Shown: positions 28,366-42,526, counted from the first letter of the stretch. The stretch is 64,000 nt of DNA from Eledone cirrhosa (GCA_964016885.1 OZ024756.1:39122001-39186000), one strand, 5' to 3'. A program made the numbers and translations. The notes: generated by a model not told the origin, from the letters alone.

Positions 28366-31300
28366 ATGGAGAAAGTGAACAAACCTTCAGTTCTAATTTG
28401 TCTCGAAAGTTATAATAATTATAATAATGATGTTGGAGGATATACTTTAATTAAAGAGTGTTTGAGTCGTCTACGAAGTTGCTTTCACCTGGTTTTTCTG
28501 AGAGATCTTGAACAAAATGAAAATATAAAACATGACATTGTCGGTGCTGTTATACCTGGTATTAATACACAATTTACAAACAAACTGTTGGCATCGCTTC
28601 CGAACTTGAAAGTAATTTCGAATCACGGAATGGGAGTGGACCATCTTGATTTAAAATGGGCAAAAGAAAAAGGTATACGAGTTGGAAACACGAAATATGT
28701 TGTTTCCGAAAGTACAGCAAACCTGGCTTTCACTTTATTATTAGTTTCGACACGGAAAATATTGAAATGTAAGTTTTTTTATGTTGTTCAAAACTTATTT
28801 TAAACAAGGGAAATAATTCTTGACTATAAGAATTACTTCCCTTTAATCATTTCTTTTTGTTTTATTTTTACTTTTTAGAGGGGGAAGATGGTGAGTTAGT
28901 AGAATTGTTAGTGTGTCGAACAGAATGCTTTACGGCATTTGGTTACAACTTGCTACTCTCTGAGTTCAAATCCTGCCGGTGTCAATTTTGCCTTAACTCT
29001 ACGATGGACTGGCGTCCTTTCCATCAGGGAGTCTAGTGCTCTTAGTTGCTTCACTCCATGAAACCGGCATAAGCGCCGGCCTAACGAACCTTCTAGCTTG
29101 AGACAGGCTTTAGATTTACATAAGACTTTTTGTGTGTGTTTAGTGGAGTCGACTTAATAACTTTAATTCTGTTTCCATCTAATTTACTGTAAAATGGCTT
29201 CTCCTATCAGGAGATTGAACCCCTAGCTAGATTCTAGCCCAGGTTAATAAGTGGAGACTTCTGGTGTCCTTGGCCACCAGAAGTGACCACCTCCCTACTT
29301 ACCAACATTGGCACAGAGTTGGCTACCCATAAGTGTGAGCCATGCGAGTTGGAATGGCTCTTCCAACGTGATTCCTTTCCTCTGTCACTACACTTCAGAC
29401 CCCAATGAAGAACAGAAGAGCTGCGTTCAGTATGATTATCCTATGTGAGTGGATTGGCAGTATTGGTAGAACGTCAGACAATGTTTTGTGGCATAGAGTT
29501 ATGGTTCTTCATGCTTTGAGTTCAAATCCCGCCGAGGTTAACTTTGCCTTTCATCCTTACGGGGTCGATAAAATAAAGTACCAGTAATGTACTGGGTAAT
29601 TGCTGGCCTTGTGCCAAAAGTAGAAACAATTATTATTATTATGATTAAGAGCGGTGGTTTGGCAGTATCAGTAGAACATTAGATGCCATGCTTTGCAACA
29701 TAGAGTTATAGGCCTTTACGTTCTGAGTTCAAATCCCACTGAGGTTAGCTATGCCTTTCATCCTTACAGGGTCAGTAAATAAAGTACCAGTAATGCACTG
29801 GGATAATTGCTGGCCTTGTGCTAAAAGTAGAAAGATTTTTTTTGTTAACCCTTTAGCATTTACATTACTCTATATATACTATTGTATTTTCACAGTAAAT
29901 GCTTTATCTCACATAATATCTCACATAATATCGAATCAATGAGATTTTGATATTATTTATTTTGAGAAAAATACCTTAACATAAGTATGAGTGGCCAGTT
30001 ATGGCTGATTTGAACAGAAAGAGGTGAGAGAATCTTGGCCGGATATGGCCAGTTTAAATGCTAAAGGGTTAAGATTATAAATAGAAAATTTGAAATGTTT
30101 TCTTATATTCCAGGTGTCGACATGGCAATGAAGAGTGAAAACCGTAGGTTTGTTTCTTCAACCTTAATTGGCACTGATGTCTCAGATAAAACACTTGGAA
30201 TTGTTGGTATGGGTGATATCGGTTTCAAGGTCGCTCTCAGAGCAAGAGTGTTTGGTATGAAAATCATTTATCACAACAGAACACGAAGGTATGAAGATAA
30301 ATAATTCTAAAATATTGTTGTTCTTCTTCATTGACAGCCACTGTCACTGTAAACCCTTTAGCATTTAAACTGGCCGCATCTGGTCAGAATTTTTTCACCT
30401 CTTTCTGTTCAAACTGGCCATAACCGGCTGCTTATAGTGATGTTAACCCTTTAGCATTTAAACCGACCATATATGGTTAGAATTCTCTCATCTCTTTCTG
30501 TTCAAACTGGCCATAACTGGCTGCTTATACCTACACTAAGGTATTGTTCTCAAAATATATAATAACATCATAAAAATCTCGTAGTTTCGATATTATTTGA
30601 GATAATTATATGAGGTAAATCCTTTACCATGAAAATACAATAGTAAATATCGAGTAATATAAATGTTAAAGGGTTAATGACAACAACCACAGCTGTGACA
30701 TATTTGATAGTAAGAACATTACAGAGAGAGTCAGCTTAATAGGGTCTATAGTCTTAGCCAGTGTCACTGTTGTTTGCGACAACCACAGCTATGGCATATT
30801 TGATAGTAAGATTACTACAGAATAGAGTGTAGCTTGAGAAAGTTGGCTAAATAGAGTCTCGTCTCTCTCCAAGTTAAATTCACAGGAAATAGTTCAGTTA
30901 TTTGCTATCAAATCACTTATTACTATTTACAACCAGGTAGACTTAGCCTTAAGTAGTACTGGTGACATGACTATAAATTTCAACTAAGTTTTACTATAGT
31001 GGTGCATATTTACAGTCAAGTTGACTGAGCATACATTGGTACCAGTAAGATAACTACTTAGATACTTAATCTGCTACTCCTTCACTCTTCCTTTATACTG
31101 CTTTTCATCATCATCATCATTTAATGTCTATTTCTCATGCTATTATAGGTTAGACAGGTTTGTCCCATTAGAGGCAAGTTGGGTCGGGTGACCTTGTCTT
31201 GCTCATATAGAACTGCTTTTCTATATTGTTATTGTGGCTCATGTATATTGTATATATCTTCTTGCTTTATCAACATCTCAAACAGATTTTCACTTCTTTT

Positions 31301-32777
31301 AACAGAAGCCAGGCAGATGAATGTCAGGTAAAAGCTACCTTTTACCCTCGTTTGAAAGATATGTTACCTGAGTCAGATGTTGTTGTTGTGGCTTGTCCTT
31401 GTACCAAAGAAACCATGAATATGATAAGTGCAGAAGAATTTCAGTTGATGAAGAAGACTTCTCTGTTGATAAACATCGCTCGAGGTGAGATAATTCATCA
31501 TATTTGAAACATTTAAAGTCATTGTTGAGTTAGTATATTTGAATATATGGTCCCGTAACTCCTGTTATAGTGGAAGGGGTGTCGTATTGACATACAACGT
31601 TTTGGGGGCATTTTAAAACCTGGTGGAGCCATTCCTCTTCAGGCCTGAGTACAGCAGTTTTCTTCCAGAGAAAGATAGAAAGTGAGGGAAAGGAAATGAG
31701 AAAGAGATATAGAGGAAGAATCGACCCTAGTATTAGACTGGTACATTTTTTATCGACCTCGAAAGGATGAAAGGCAAAGTTGACCTCGGTGGGATTTGAA
31801 CCCTGAGAGCAAGAATGAAAACCATAAAGCGCGTTCTATCCCACATTCTAATGACTACCAATTCACTGCCTATTGTCGAGTTGGTATATCAGGTTAAAGA
31901 GTTTGCTGTTTACATGATGGCACTGTCATTGTGTTGTATCCACAACCATTTTGTTACTCTCATATGTTCTTAATAAGGGATTAATAATGTAAAATAGATT
32001 TAACCTCAAATGACTATTAAAGCATTTAGTCCATTTCTTCAAGTTGTGATTGCTTTACATCTTATAGTCAGTGCTGCATTTACCATTGTCCTTAGGTGTG
32101 CTTAATCACAGCGCCCTGTTGGCCAGGGGGGGACCCATCTTCCTCCCAAAAACCTTTTGGACCTCCTTCAGGACCCAAGTAAGGGACCTTATAACTTAAC
32201 TAGCACAGGGCCTCCTCCTCCTCCTCATCATCATTTAACGTCTATCTTCCACGCTAGCATGGGTTAGACGGGAATTGTCCCACTTGAGGCAAGATTGATT
32301 GGGTGACTGTGTCTCGCTCGTATAGGACTGTATCTGGCAGGTTTTCTATGGCTGGATGCCCCTCCTAACACCAAACACCTTCCTAACAACAAGGATGCCC
32401 TCCCTAACACCTCATTTGTCCTAACTCCAGCACTGCTTATAGTATTATATATATATATGATAATAAACAATTATAGTTATCTATTTATTGATCATTCCTC
32501 CTTTTCTTTAACTCTTCTTGTAACAGGGAAGATAGTTGACACCAATGCCCTTGTTACAGCTCTTCAGTCTAATGAAATTCAAGGTGCTGCTTTGGATGTA
32601 ACTGAACCTGAACCTCTACCTCAAGGACATCCATTGTTATCAATGTCAAATGTTGTCATAACTCCTCATTGTGGAACATTCACATTCGAAACTCGCTTAA
32701 AAATGTGTGATTTGATCATAGAAAACTTAGAATGTGGTTTGGAAGGAAAAGCGATGCCGTCTGAAATAATTCTGTAA
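28366..32777 (+). CDS. D-isomer-specific 2-hydroxyacid dehydrogenase (glyoxylate/hydroxypyruvate or 2-ketogluconate reductase-like), 4 coding exons, 335 aa
   Basis: Exons 28366-28768, 30114-30288, 31306-31484, 32527-32777 join in frame via GT-AG introns (phases 1,2,1; 1008 nt). Motifs GMGVDHLDL, Rossmann GIVGMGDIG, YHNRTR, INIARG, ALDVTEPEP, ITPH. AATAAA signals follow at about 32862-33001. Confidence 0.93.
29845..30072. mobile_element. TTAA-flanked MITE (piggyBac-type ends); also 30443-30677, 36584-36894, 38404-38824, 61967-62268 and partials
   Basis: TTAA-CCCTTTAGCATTTA ... TAAATGCTAAAGGG-TTAA terminal inverted repeats. Confidence 0.8.
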
Positions 32778-33142
32778 AGTTGACATGAATTCAAGAAAGA
32801 ATATATTCTAAAACAGTTAAGAATTATCACCAATTACTGTTAAAACTGTTATACATGTCTTAATAAAGTGTAAATTTTACATTCTGAGAAGAATAACTGT
32901 ATATGTACGGTGGAATAATTAAAACTATTCCAGCACATAATTAACTATGAAAATACATTACAATAAACTATAATAAACATCTTTTGTTACTTGATTAATA
33001 AAGGTAAAAGGTGAATATTTATTTATAACTTTATGTTATTAACTATCTTCCTCGGGGTCTACCCCTGGGTCTCCTGCTGGTTGGTTTTGCCTGTAAAATC
33101 TGTCCAGTGATTCTTTCCTGAGACATTCTAACCATATGCCCT

Positions 33143-33688
33143 AACCCCCACCTCACACCCACCTCATCTCCACCTCTCCCTTAACACACCTAATATAGAA
33201 TATTATCTCCAGAACTTAATAGCAATTGTCATTGTATTTGTCCTTGGTTTCAATTGTTTTCTACATGTAAAGATTCAGGTACAATGTCATAGAACATATA
33301 AAACTGTCGTTAATATTTTGTCACGTCTATTGCTTTATAAACCATCTAGAAATACATTGCTTCATTTATTATTGCCGTCATTCTTAGTAAATTGTTCAGT
33401 GAACAGTGAAACTGTAAAAGAGTGAAAGCATTTGATAGAGCAAGAAATAGTGAAATGTTGCAGAAATTATTTCATGCTTGACAAAATAAACATATTGAAA
33501 GGTAAATGAAGCTATTATTAATTTATTGTGACGTACGTAAACTACAGATTTCAGCTGTGAAGGTAAACTTGTATTGTTGACCTTTATTAGTGTTAATGTT
33601 ATTTCTATATTGTAGGAAATATGACCAGTTGCTTCATAACTGAATGTCTATTGTACAAACTAACAAATTAATATTATGAGAAGTTCAC
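33143..33688 (+). repeat. About 540-bp low-copy repeat, left arm of an inverted pair
   Basis: Near-identical reverse complement at 43312-43845; more diverged partial direct copy at about 27093-27211. Confidence 0.9.
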
Positions 33689-33933
33689 ACAGCCATCTAC
33701 TTAAATTCTTAGCACACACAAACACACATATATATATATAAGAAAGAAAGTGTGGTAAGAAACCAGGTGGAACATAACACACCAGAGTACTCGATACTTA
33801 GGGTAGTAGAGTGGGTAATAGGAAAAGAGTCAGGACTCCGATAGCTGAGCTTTGGCCATTTCGACAGCTAGATCCGAACTAAGCTAGCTGTCGAAATGAC
33901 CGGAGCTCAGCAGTCGGGGTCCTGACTCTTTTT

Positions 33934-33974
<41 letters not shown>

Positions 33975-34013
33975 ATATTAAATAAATGGAAACTATATAT
34001 ATAAAACCATATT

Positions 34014-34076
34014 TATTTTATTATATATATTTCAAGGGTACCAAGACACATTGGTACGCTTTCATCAGATAAAATA
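34014..34076 (-). ncRNA. Type I hammerhead ribozyme motif
   Basis: Minus strand: TATTTTAT-CTGATGA-AAGCGTACCAA-tgtgtc-TTGGTACCCTT-GAAA-TATATA-T-A-ATAAAATA; 8-bp stem I, 11-bp stem II with one mismatch, palindromic stem III. Confidence 0.85.
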
Positions 34077-34674
34077 CAAAGTTTGTTTTATAAATAGAGA
34101 CATACCCATGAAAATCATACCTTATCGGTTGAATATTCACTATCCAGTGAATATTCAACCGATAAGGTATGATTTATAGATAAATATATATATAGAAGTG
34201 GTTACACAACAGTTAGTTCACCATACCGAGGACAATTGTTTCACCTTACCAGATCCGCTAAGGTGAAACAATTGTTCTCGGTATGGTGAACTAACTGTTG
34301 TGTAACCACTTCTACCTAACTCGTCCCATGGACTAAGTGCTCTACCACTACGGATATTACCTTCCAGTGTTCCACCACTATATATATATTTAAGGCCCAC
34401 ATTGGTCACGAATGACCATGGTTTTGCACCATCTAAATATTGTATAACATTTTCAACAAAATATCTAAAGATTTTATCGTATTATATGAGGTAATTGAAG
34501 GGGTTCTTTATGTTCTGAATAGAAATCCCACCGGGGTCAACTTTGCTCTCCATTCTTCTCGAATTGATAAAATAAAGTACCAGTTAACCATTTAGCATTT
34601 TAACTGGTGCCATATCTGACCAGAATTCTCTCACCTCTTTCTGTTCAAACTGGCTGTAACTGGCTACTCATTAT

Positions 34675-35060
34675 CATCATCATCATCATCGTTTAACGTC
34701 CATCTTCCTTGCTAGCATTGGTTGGACGGGTTTGTCCCACTTGAGCCGAGATTGGTCGGGAGACGGTGTCTCACTCGTACAGAACTGTCTCTGGAAGGCT
34801 TTCTACGGCTGGATGCCCTTCCTAACACAAACCACATTTACAGTGTGGACTGGGAGCCTTTTTACCGTGTCCCCTACACAACCACTTTACAGTGTGGACT
34901 GGGAGCCTTTTTGTCGTGTCTCCTACACGACCACTTTACAGTGGATGGAAATGGGAGGATGGAGTAGGATGAGTGTGGGGGTGGGGGTGTATATTGGGTT
35001 AAGAGGTGTCTACTGACTGTAGGTTTAAGTTTGTATACAAGGGAAGACAGGTCTTCTGCA
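34675..35060 (-). mobile_element. Short retroposon with RTE-like 3' end and (GAT)n tail; also 23570-23962(+), 32225-32400(-)
   Basis: Shared GTTAGGAAGGGCATCCAGC(C/T)GTAGAAA core and GGACGTTAAACGATGATGATG end. Confidence 0.7.
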
Positions 35061-35443
35061 TGATGTTAATGTATTGTTCTCAAAATAAATAATACCAAAA
35101 GCTCATAGATTCAATATTATGTGAGATAAAGTGTTTACCATGAAAATACAATAGTAAATATAGCGTAATGTAAATGTTAAAGGATTAAATACTGGAGTCT
35201 ACATAATCGACTTCCTTCTTTCCCAACTTGCTGACCTTGTGTCAATTTTAGAAAGAATTATTAGTTTTCTTGGTTTAAAAAGAATTAAAACAGCAAGAGA
35301 CATGTTTAAGTTACAGAATCGCTTTATTTAATAGAAGTTGTTATATATATTTTTCAGTAATATTATATGAATGTAGTCAATGTATTTTGTTTGGTCTTTA
35401 TCTTCAGTAGGTGCCGACAACGTTATATTGGACACTCAGCAAT

Positions 35444-38400
35444 CTAATGGGCTCCTATAAAAAAGAAACAAAACACTGTTTTAATAAAAACTAAATACAT
35501 TGTAGATTTGTTTGTAAAAAAAAAAAAAGAAGCCTATTATGTAATTTTATACTTCCCAGTCTTTTCAAGTTGTATAAAAAAGAAAAGATTTATTCAGAAG
35601 TGGTGGAAATATAAAACTTCTTATATATTTGAAGAAAAAAATAGAAGCAGGTCGTTTTTTTTTAGAATGGTATAATAATAATAATTGTTCTACTTTTGGT
35701 ACAAGGCCAGCAATTATCCCAGTGTACCACTGGTACATTATTTTATAGACCCCGTAAGGATGAAAGGCAAAGTTAACCCCAGCGGGATTTGAACTCAGAC
35801 CATAAAGGGCCGTAACTCTTTGCTGCTAAGCAAGGCGTCTGACCCTCTACCGATACTGCCAATCCACCATTATTGTGTACAGTGTTCAGGTGCACTACAA
35901 CTCATCAAAGGTGTATGTATAGTACATAGAATAATTGTTTCTACTTTTGGCACAAGGCCAACAATTACTCCAGTACATTATGTATGTATGGTACTGTGAC
36001 TCATGATGGAGTCGTAGGGGCACCATAGTGACATGCAGTGTTTCTTGGACATTTTATGGCCGGCAGAGCCCAACCTCTTCAGAAAAGGACAGAGAGTGAA
36101 AGAGAAAGAGATATAGAGGAAGAATCAACCCCAGTACCAGACTGATACTTTTTTTATTGATCTCAAATGGATGAAAGGCAAATATAACCAGACTATTTAT
36201 GAAGCTATACTAATAAAACAGTTTAAATGATTTAAAATATGTATCAGTAATTGTTGCTTACCATATCTTTTTTGGATTTCTCTAACATCTTCAGCATCGA
36301 GTTTTAAGTTTGCGTCATAACCTGAATAAAAGGGTTTCATCACTGACCTACCATTTTTTGAATGTGGTAAACCAAGAGCATGCCCAAACTCATGTGTAGC
36401 TACGTAGAGTAAGTCAACACCTTTAGCACCATTTATAGACCATTGTTCATCATCATCAAAGTGAGTATCCCCTCCAAGAGGTGCAGGATTTGGAAAGAAA
36501 GCGTGGGCTAACACTCCATCTAAAAAAATTTAAAGTACAATATTAGTCCATGGCATTCCCATAACATATCTGATACAAGATGTTTAACCCTTTAGCATTT
36601 AAACCAGCCATATCCGACCAGAATTCTCTCACCTCTTTCTGTTTAAACTGGTTATAACCGGCCACTCATAGTGATGTTAACCTTTTAGCATTTAAACCAG
36701 CCATATCTGGCCAGAATTCTCTCACCTCTTTCTGTTCAATTGGCCCCTCATACCATCTTTAAAGTATTGTTCTCAAAATAAATAATATCAAACTTTTATA
36801 GATTCGATATTATGTGAGATAATTATGTGAGGTAAAGCCATTACCATGAAAATATAATAGTAAATATAGAGTAATGTAAATGCTAAAGGGTTAATGTGAA
36901 CATTTTTAAAGTATATTTTTAAATATCAACTTACATTGTCCATCAAAGGTATATCCATCTCCATGTTCCTTTGCCCGGAACATTATTTCTATATAAGCTG
37001 AACCTCTATTTTCAGTAAAAGTCAGTTTACTAGCAGCCGCCCAAAAGTTGAAAGCATCTGACACAGTTGTCCTGACAAAAAAAAAAAAATGTATTATCCT
37101 ACATTATTCATTTTATTTAAGCCATTTGTTGTCATCATCATCATCATTTTACATCCACTTTTCCCTGCTTGCAAGGGTGGGACGGGTCCTATTCAGCACA
37201 GCAGCTCTCCATTTGTCACGGTCCTTTGTCATCTCCTCTGTGAGCTTCAGCGATCTGAGATCTGCTCTCACCACCTCTGCCCATGTTTTTTGTGGTCTTC
37301 CTCTACTGTGTCTTCCTTCTACTGGGATTTCTTGGCACTTCTTCACCCAGTGGTCATCCTCCATGCGCATCACATGTCCATACCATCGCAGTCTTCTCTT
37401 ATCCCTCTTATACACAGTTTCTCTCTCAACTCGTCTATGCTTGGTCGTACAATTACATAAATGAAACAGGAAAGCAAATACTCTTGGGTCCCAAATAACA
37501 GGGGTAAAAGAATAAGTGGGTTGTGTGTGTGGACATTTGCTTAAATTCTTATACACAGGGGTGGGGGTGATCAGTAATTGTATAGTTTACATTGGTAAAT
37601 ATAGAATTTCTTGTAATGTTCTTTTTTTGTCATATAAAATATTTTTTTAATGTAAAATAAAATAATTATTAGATTCTCCAGCTGCTGTATCAATATGAAT
37701 CACTTACAATAAAATTTCACCAGAGATAGATTAGCAAAATTTACTAAGCAGGGTTTGGAAAAAATCTGAAAAATTAATATATATGTATATATATATAAGC
37801 TGTAGTGTGCGCAAGAGAAGACTGCGTTGGTATGGACATGTGATGCGCATGGAGGATGACTGCTGGGTAAAGAAGTGCCAAGAAATCCTAGTAGAAGGAA
37901 AACGCAGTAGAGGAAGACTACGAAAAACATTGGCGGAGGTGGTGAGAGCAGACCTCAGATTGCTGAAGCTCACGGAGGAGATGACGAAGGACCGTGACAA
38001 GTGGAGAGATGCTGTGCTGAATAGGACCCGTCTCACCCTTGCAAGCAAGGAAAGGTGGATGTAAAATGATGATGATGATGATGTCTGCGTGTATTCTTTT
38101 CATATGCGTTCTGGCTTAACTGATGGCCCCACCATCTTAAATGTTGATACAAGACAAAACATGGAGAAGAAACACAAGGCTTTTTTGGGAATACAAACCT
38201 GATATCTCTCCGAGGTAGCCTTGGTGTATAATTTATGAACTTATATGTCAATCTAGTTGTATTCCATTTGACGTCTGTAACAGAGAATAAAGAGAAGTTC
38301 AGTTGTTATAGTAATACATCTTTCAGAGAAAATAGCAGAAAATTACAATTTTTATTTTATTTTATTTTAGCCAATATTAATGCTAGTATTTCATTTAGTT

Positions 38401-40542
38401 CAATTAACCCTTTAGTATTTAAACTAGTCATATCCAGCCAGAATTCTCTCATCCCTTTCTGTACAAACCAGCCATAACCAGCCACTCATACTGATGTTAG
38501 CCCTTTAACATTTACATTACTGTATATTTACTATTGTATTTTCACAGTAAAGGCTTTATCTTACATAATTATCTCACATAATATCAAATCTACAAGATTT
38601 CAATAGTATATATTTTGAGAACAATACCTTAATGTGGCCGGTTACAGCCAGTTTGAACAGAAAGAGGTGAGAAAGTTCTGGCCGGTTTAAATGCTAAAGG
38701 GTTAAGGTATTGTTCTCAAAATAAATAATATCAAAATCTCATAGATTTGATATTATGTAAGGTAAAGCCTTTACCATGAAAATATAATAGTATATATACA
38801 GTAATGAAAATGGTAAAGAGTTAAAATGTATTAAAATCCATAGTAATATTTAATGATAATATAAAATTACTTACTTTTATAGTTCTGTGACAGAATATTG
38901 TCCGAAACACCACAACGAGGCATTGCCATAACTTTTAATGTAGTTTCGTCTGTTTTGCCTGTGACATTAATTTGTACGAAATCTTGGAATTTCCTGGTAA
39001 AAATAAGTTGGTAAAACATGGAAAAAATTGATGGTAATATGAAACTGTTTAAGATATATATCTATGGATTGTACAATTCAAGAATGTAGATCCTCATACA
39101 TTTTTAGTGACAAATAAAAGAGCAGGCAAATATTTCAGTAGAGATAAACAGGGCCTGAAGACCAAGGCCATGATAACTACATGGTCATGAATCTTGGGTA
39201 ATGACTGAAAAAATAGGATTGTGAATACAAGCAGGCGAAATGGGGTTACTGCCAAGGGTCTTTGTAGTGAAGTTACTTGATAAAGTGCGTAGCTCGGAGA
39301 TCAGAGAGTCACTCCAGCTACTTCTCCAAATTGAGAGATCACAGCTCTGATACTATGGGCATGTGGTTAGAATATTTCAGGATAGAATCACTGGATAGAT
39401 TTTTACAGGCAAAGCCAACAGGCAAGAGACCCAGGGGTAGACCCTGAGCAAGATGGTTGGATAACATCCATGAGCTTGGCTGGTCTCGCTTGGGGATCCA
39501 GCCAAATCAGTTGGAGACGGTTGCTTCTGACAGGACCCACTGGAAGGAGTGTTTGAGGACTCTGCCCTACAACCTTCTCAGGAATAAGTAGGCAAAGAAG
39601 GAGAAGAAGAGGAGAAGAAGTTATCTTACTTGAGAGCGTCAGTGATTTCTTCAAGAGATGCAGGACCACCACTCTGTGACAAGTAGCCATAGTGTCTTAG
39701 ATAGACCTGTAAAAATACAATGTCATGAAATTTGAAAATAAAATGCAGATAAAATGTTCTTAGTGAAATTTCACATAATGTTCAAACCTTATGTTCAGTG
39801 ACAGACCTACCAATCCCTAAAAACCCTAACAGGGAGTATTTATAAGATATTTCATTATACTCCCTACTAGTGTTGGATTTGCCAACAAAGTCAGAAAACA
39901 GCACAGCTCCCATGACTTTCGGAAACATTTTTTCTCGCTCAGAGTTGCTGAAGCATGGAACAAACTACCCGCCTCAGTTGTTAGCTGTCGGGACACTGCA
40001 TCCTTTAAAACCTCCATGTTTCCTGAGATTCGCCAACACTACACATGATATCCTCCAGCCATACACACGCACACATGTATTTCATGACTCGTACACTGTT
40101 TATTTTCCTGACATTTGAACATTATTCTATGTACTATACATGCGCCTTTGATGAGTTGTAGTGCATCTGAGCACTGTACACAATAATTTCATTATTATTA
40201 TTATTACCATTGGGCTTAGGTGTGCTTAAGCACAGAGCTCCATTGGTCAGGGTGGGGTGGGCAGCTTCCTGCAAAAAAAAAGTTTTTTTTGTCGGGTCTA
40301 CCTCCTTCAGGGCTTAAGTAAGGAACCTCATAACTTAACTAGTACAGGGCCTCATTTGTCCAAAATCTGGTACTGCTCCCTACATAAATATATCAATACT
40401 AAGTGTAGTAAAAATGCGAACTTACCTCAACAGCTGTCAGATTTGAAGGCTGTATAGAATCTGCGAGCTGCTCAAATGTTTTAGCCAGACTCAGTCCTAA
40501 AGTTAGAACAACAAGAATTGAAGCGGTTCTGTAGATGTTCAT
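35444..40542 (-). CDS. Matrix metalloproteinase (M10A), minimal-domain/matrilysin-type architecture, 7 coding exons, 264 aa
   Basis: Minus-strand exons 40542-40426, 39706-39630, 38993-38875, 38274-38199, 37071-36935, 36519-36262, 35454-35444 join in frame via GT-AG introns (795 nt). Signal peptide MNIYRTASILVVLTLGLSLA, prodomain YLRHYGY, cysteine switch PRCGVSD, HGDGYTFDG, LAHAFFP, zinc motif HEFGHALGLPH, Met-turn SVMKP, end KRYGAH-stop; AATAAA at 35323-35328. Confidence 0.92.
37132..37400 (-). mobile_element. RTE-clade LINE 3' fragment in MMP intron 4
   Basis: [22 protein letters not shown]...RGRPQKTW...DRDKWR, ending in a (GAT)n tail. Confidence 0.88.
37800..38083 (+). mobile_element. RTE-clade LINE 3' fragment in MMP intron 4, inverted relative to 37132-37400
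   Basis: Same family and peptide on the opposite strand, (GAT)n tail. Confidence 0.88.
39826..40205 (+). mobile_element. CR1/L2-like LINE 3' end; also about 44765-44890, 47465-47880, 62655-62830
   Basis: RKHFFSLRVAEAWNKLP.SVV peptide remnant, shared 3' UTR and (ATT)n tail. Confidence 0.72.
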
Positions 40543-41064
40543 TTTGGTGTCTTGATTGGTGAGAGTCTCAGGAGAAGAGTTGGAAGAGAAATGTGATTCT
40601 GCTGTCATTTCAACCATATATATATATACATACCTCACACAGGCATACATACATGTGGACAAGCACAGATGCATGCATGTATGTATGTATGTATGTATGT
40701 ATGTATGCATGTATGTATGTATGTATGTATGTATGTATGTATGTATGCATGCATGCATGTATGTATGTATGTATATATGTATGTATGTATGTATGTATAT
40801 GTGTATGTATGTATGTACACATATATATGTATGTAAATATATATATATACATATATAAATATATATATATACATATATAAATATACACATATATATATGT
40901 ATATATATTGATCTGATAAACTAGAAGCAAACAATTTAATGTTAGTTTTAAAAGGTTTATAAAGATAACCAAATGGGACCTACATTTGATTTTGGAGATA
41001 AAGATAATATTTAGAAGGATTTCATATTCATTCTGTAAATGGCTTTGATGATGATGATGATATG

Positions 41065-41105
<41 letters not shown>

Positions 41106-41158
41106 AGATTAATATAGAAATGGCTTCTACAGGACTAGAACTGTTTCATTCAAAAGAA

Positions 41159-41198
<40 letters not shown>

Positions 41199-41199
<1 letters not shown>

Positions 41200-42485
41200 T
41201 GTTATACTTGGGGAGGGTCATATTTGCGTAATATTGCCAGAATTAATAACAGAACACACTCACTGTTTGGTTGGTTTTCGCTTCTCGCTGTCTTTTATTA
41301 TATCTGCGATCTAACTTACTCGGTCCTCAATGTTGCCATTGACTGACCGGCGGTCAAAAATAATACAGATACAATATAGACACAAACACATATATATATA
41401 TATAGTTTACATAATTTACATAAATCTTTCGTTGCACATCTGCAACATCGTCAGTGGTGTTATATTCATTGTTCCTCCTGTTGTGTTGTATGCCTACGCC
41501 ATTTTTTATTCAGTCTGTCTATATATTTATTTATTTATTTGCTTGTTTGTTTATCTTATTTTTTTTTTTATTTGTCTTCTTTGCGCATGCGTTTGCGTGT
41601 GTGTATAGTGTTATGTGTGATATGTGATGTGTGACTAGTGTGTATAGTGTTGTGTCTGCTGGGTGACTAGTGTGTGTTTATGTGCTTGTTGTTATTGTGC
41701 TTGTGTATGTATTTATTTATCTTATTTTATTTAATTTTATTTACTTATTTATACTTCTCTTAGGTCAGTGTTGTTTGTTTGGGTGTTGTTGTTGTTCCAC
41801 TCATTCTTTCTGTTTAGCTTTGGTCTTCTAATTTCTATTTCACTGGCCTCTCTGATTTGCCTATCTGCTGGGTCATTCCTATGTTTAGATATTATTCTAA
41901 TTTCTATGTTGTCTATGTTACCGTCATGATGTTGTCTAGCATGTTCGTATAGTACTGACCCGTTTTTTCGTCCTTTTAGTTCCCCCCAGTGTTGGTCTAT
42001 CCTTTCACCTATGCTACGAGCTGTCTCACCTATGTATGTTGTTGTCATGTTTCTGCAAGTACCCTCTGTACATCTTATGCTATAGACTACGTTTCTAGTT
42101 TTACAGTTTATCCGGGGGTTCACCTTACATATGATACACTTCCTATTGGTACAGTGGGTTTTCTTATAAAAAAAAAAAATGGCGTAGGCATACAACACAA
42201 CAGGAGGAACAATGAATATAACACCACTGACGATGTTGCAGATGTGCAACGAAAGATTTATGTAAATTATGTAAACTATATATATATATATGTGTTTGTG
42301 TCTATATTGTATCTGTATTATTTTTGACCGCCGGTCAGTCAATGGCAACATTGAGGACCGAGTAAGTTAGATCGCAGATATAATAAAAGACAGCGAGAAG
42401 CGAAAACCAACCAAACAGTGAGTGTGTTCTGTTATTAATTCTGGCAATATTATTTCAACAATATGACCCTCCCCAAATATAACAA
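41199..42485. repeat. About 305-bp inverted repeat (41199-41507 vs 42175-42485), inverted pseudo-LTR arrangement around the GIY-YIG fragment
   Basis: Arms are near-identical reverse complements (the ORF track gives the same peptide MLPLTDRRSK... on both strands); each holds a hammerhead core CTGACGA-T-GTTGCA-gatg-TGCAAC-GAAA (42227-42254 +, about 41427-41454 -). Confidence 0.88.
41749..42170 (-). mobile_element. Penelope-like element GIY-YIG endonuclease C-terminal fragment (5'-truncated)
   Basis: HCTNRKCIIC...NCKTRNVVYSIRC...C...YIGETARSIGERIDQH...SVLYEH...RQIREASEI...PKLN: GIY-YIG motifs with the Cys/His zinc pattern of PLE endonucleases. Confidence 0.88.
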
Positions 42486-42526
42486 TATTTGTTTCGACAC
42501 ACGATTTCATATAAAAAACCTCGCAA

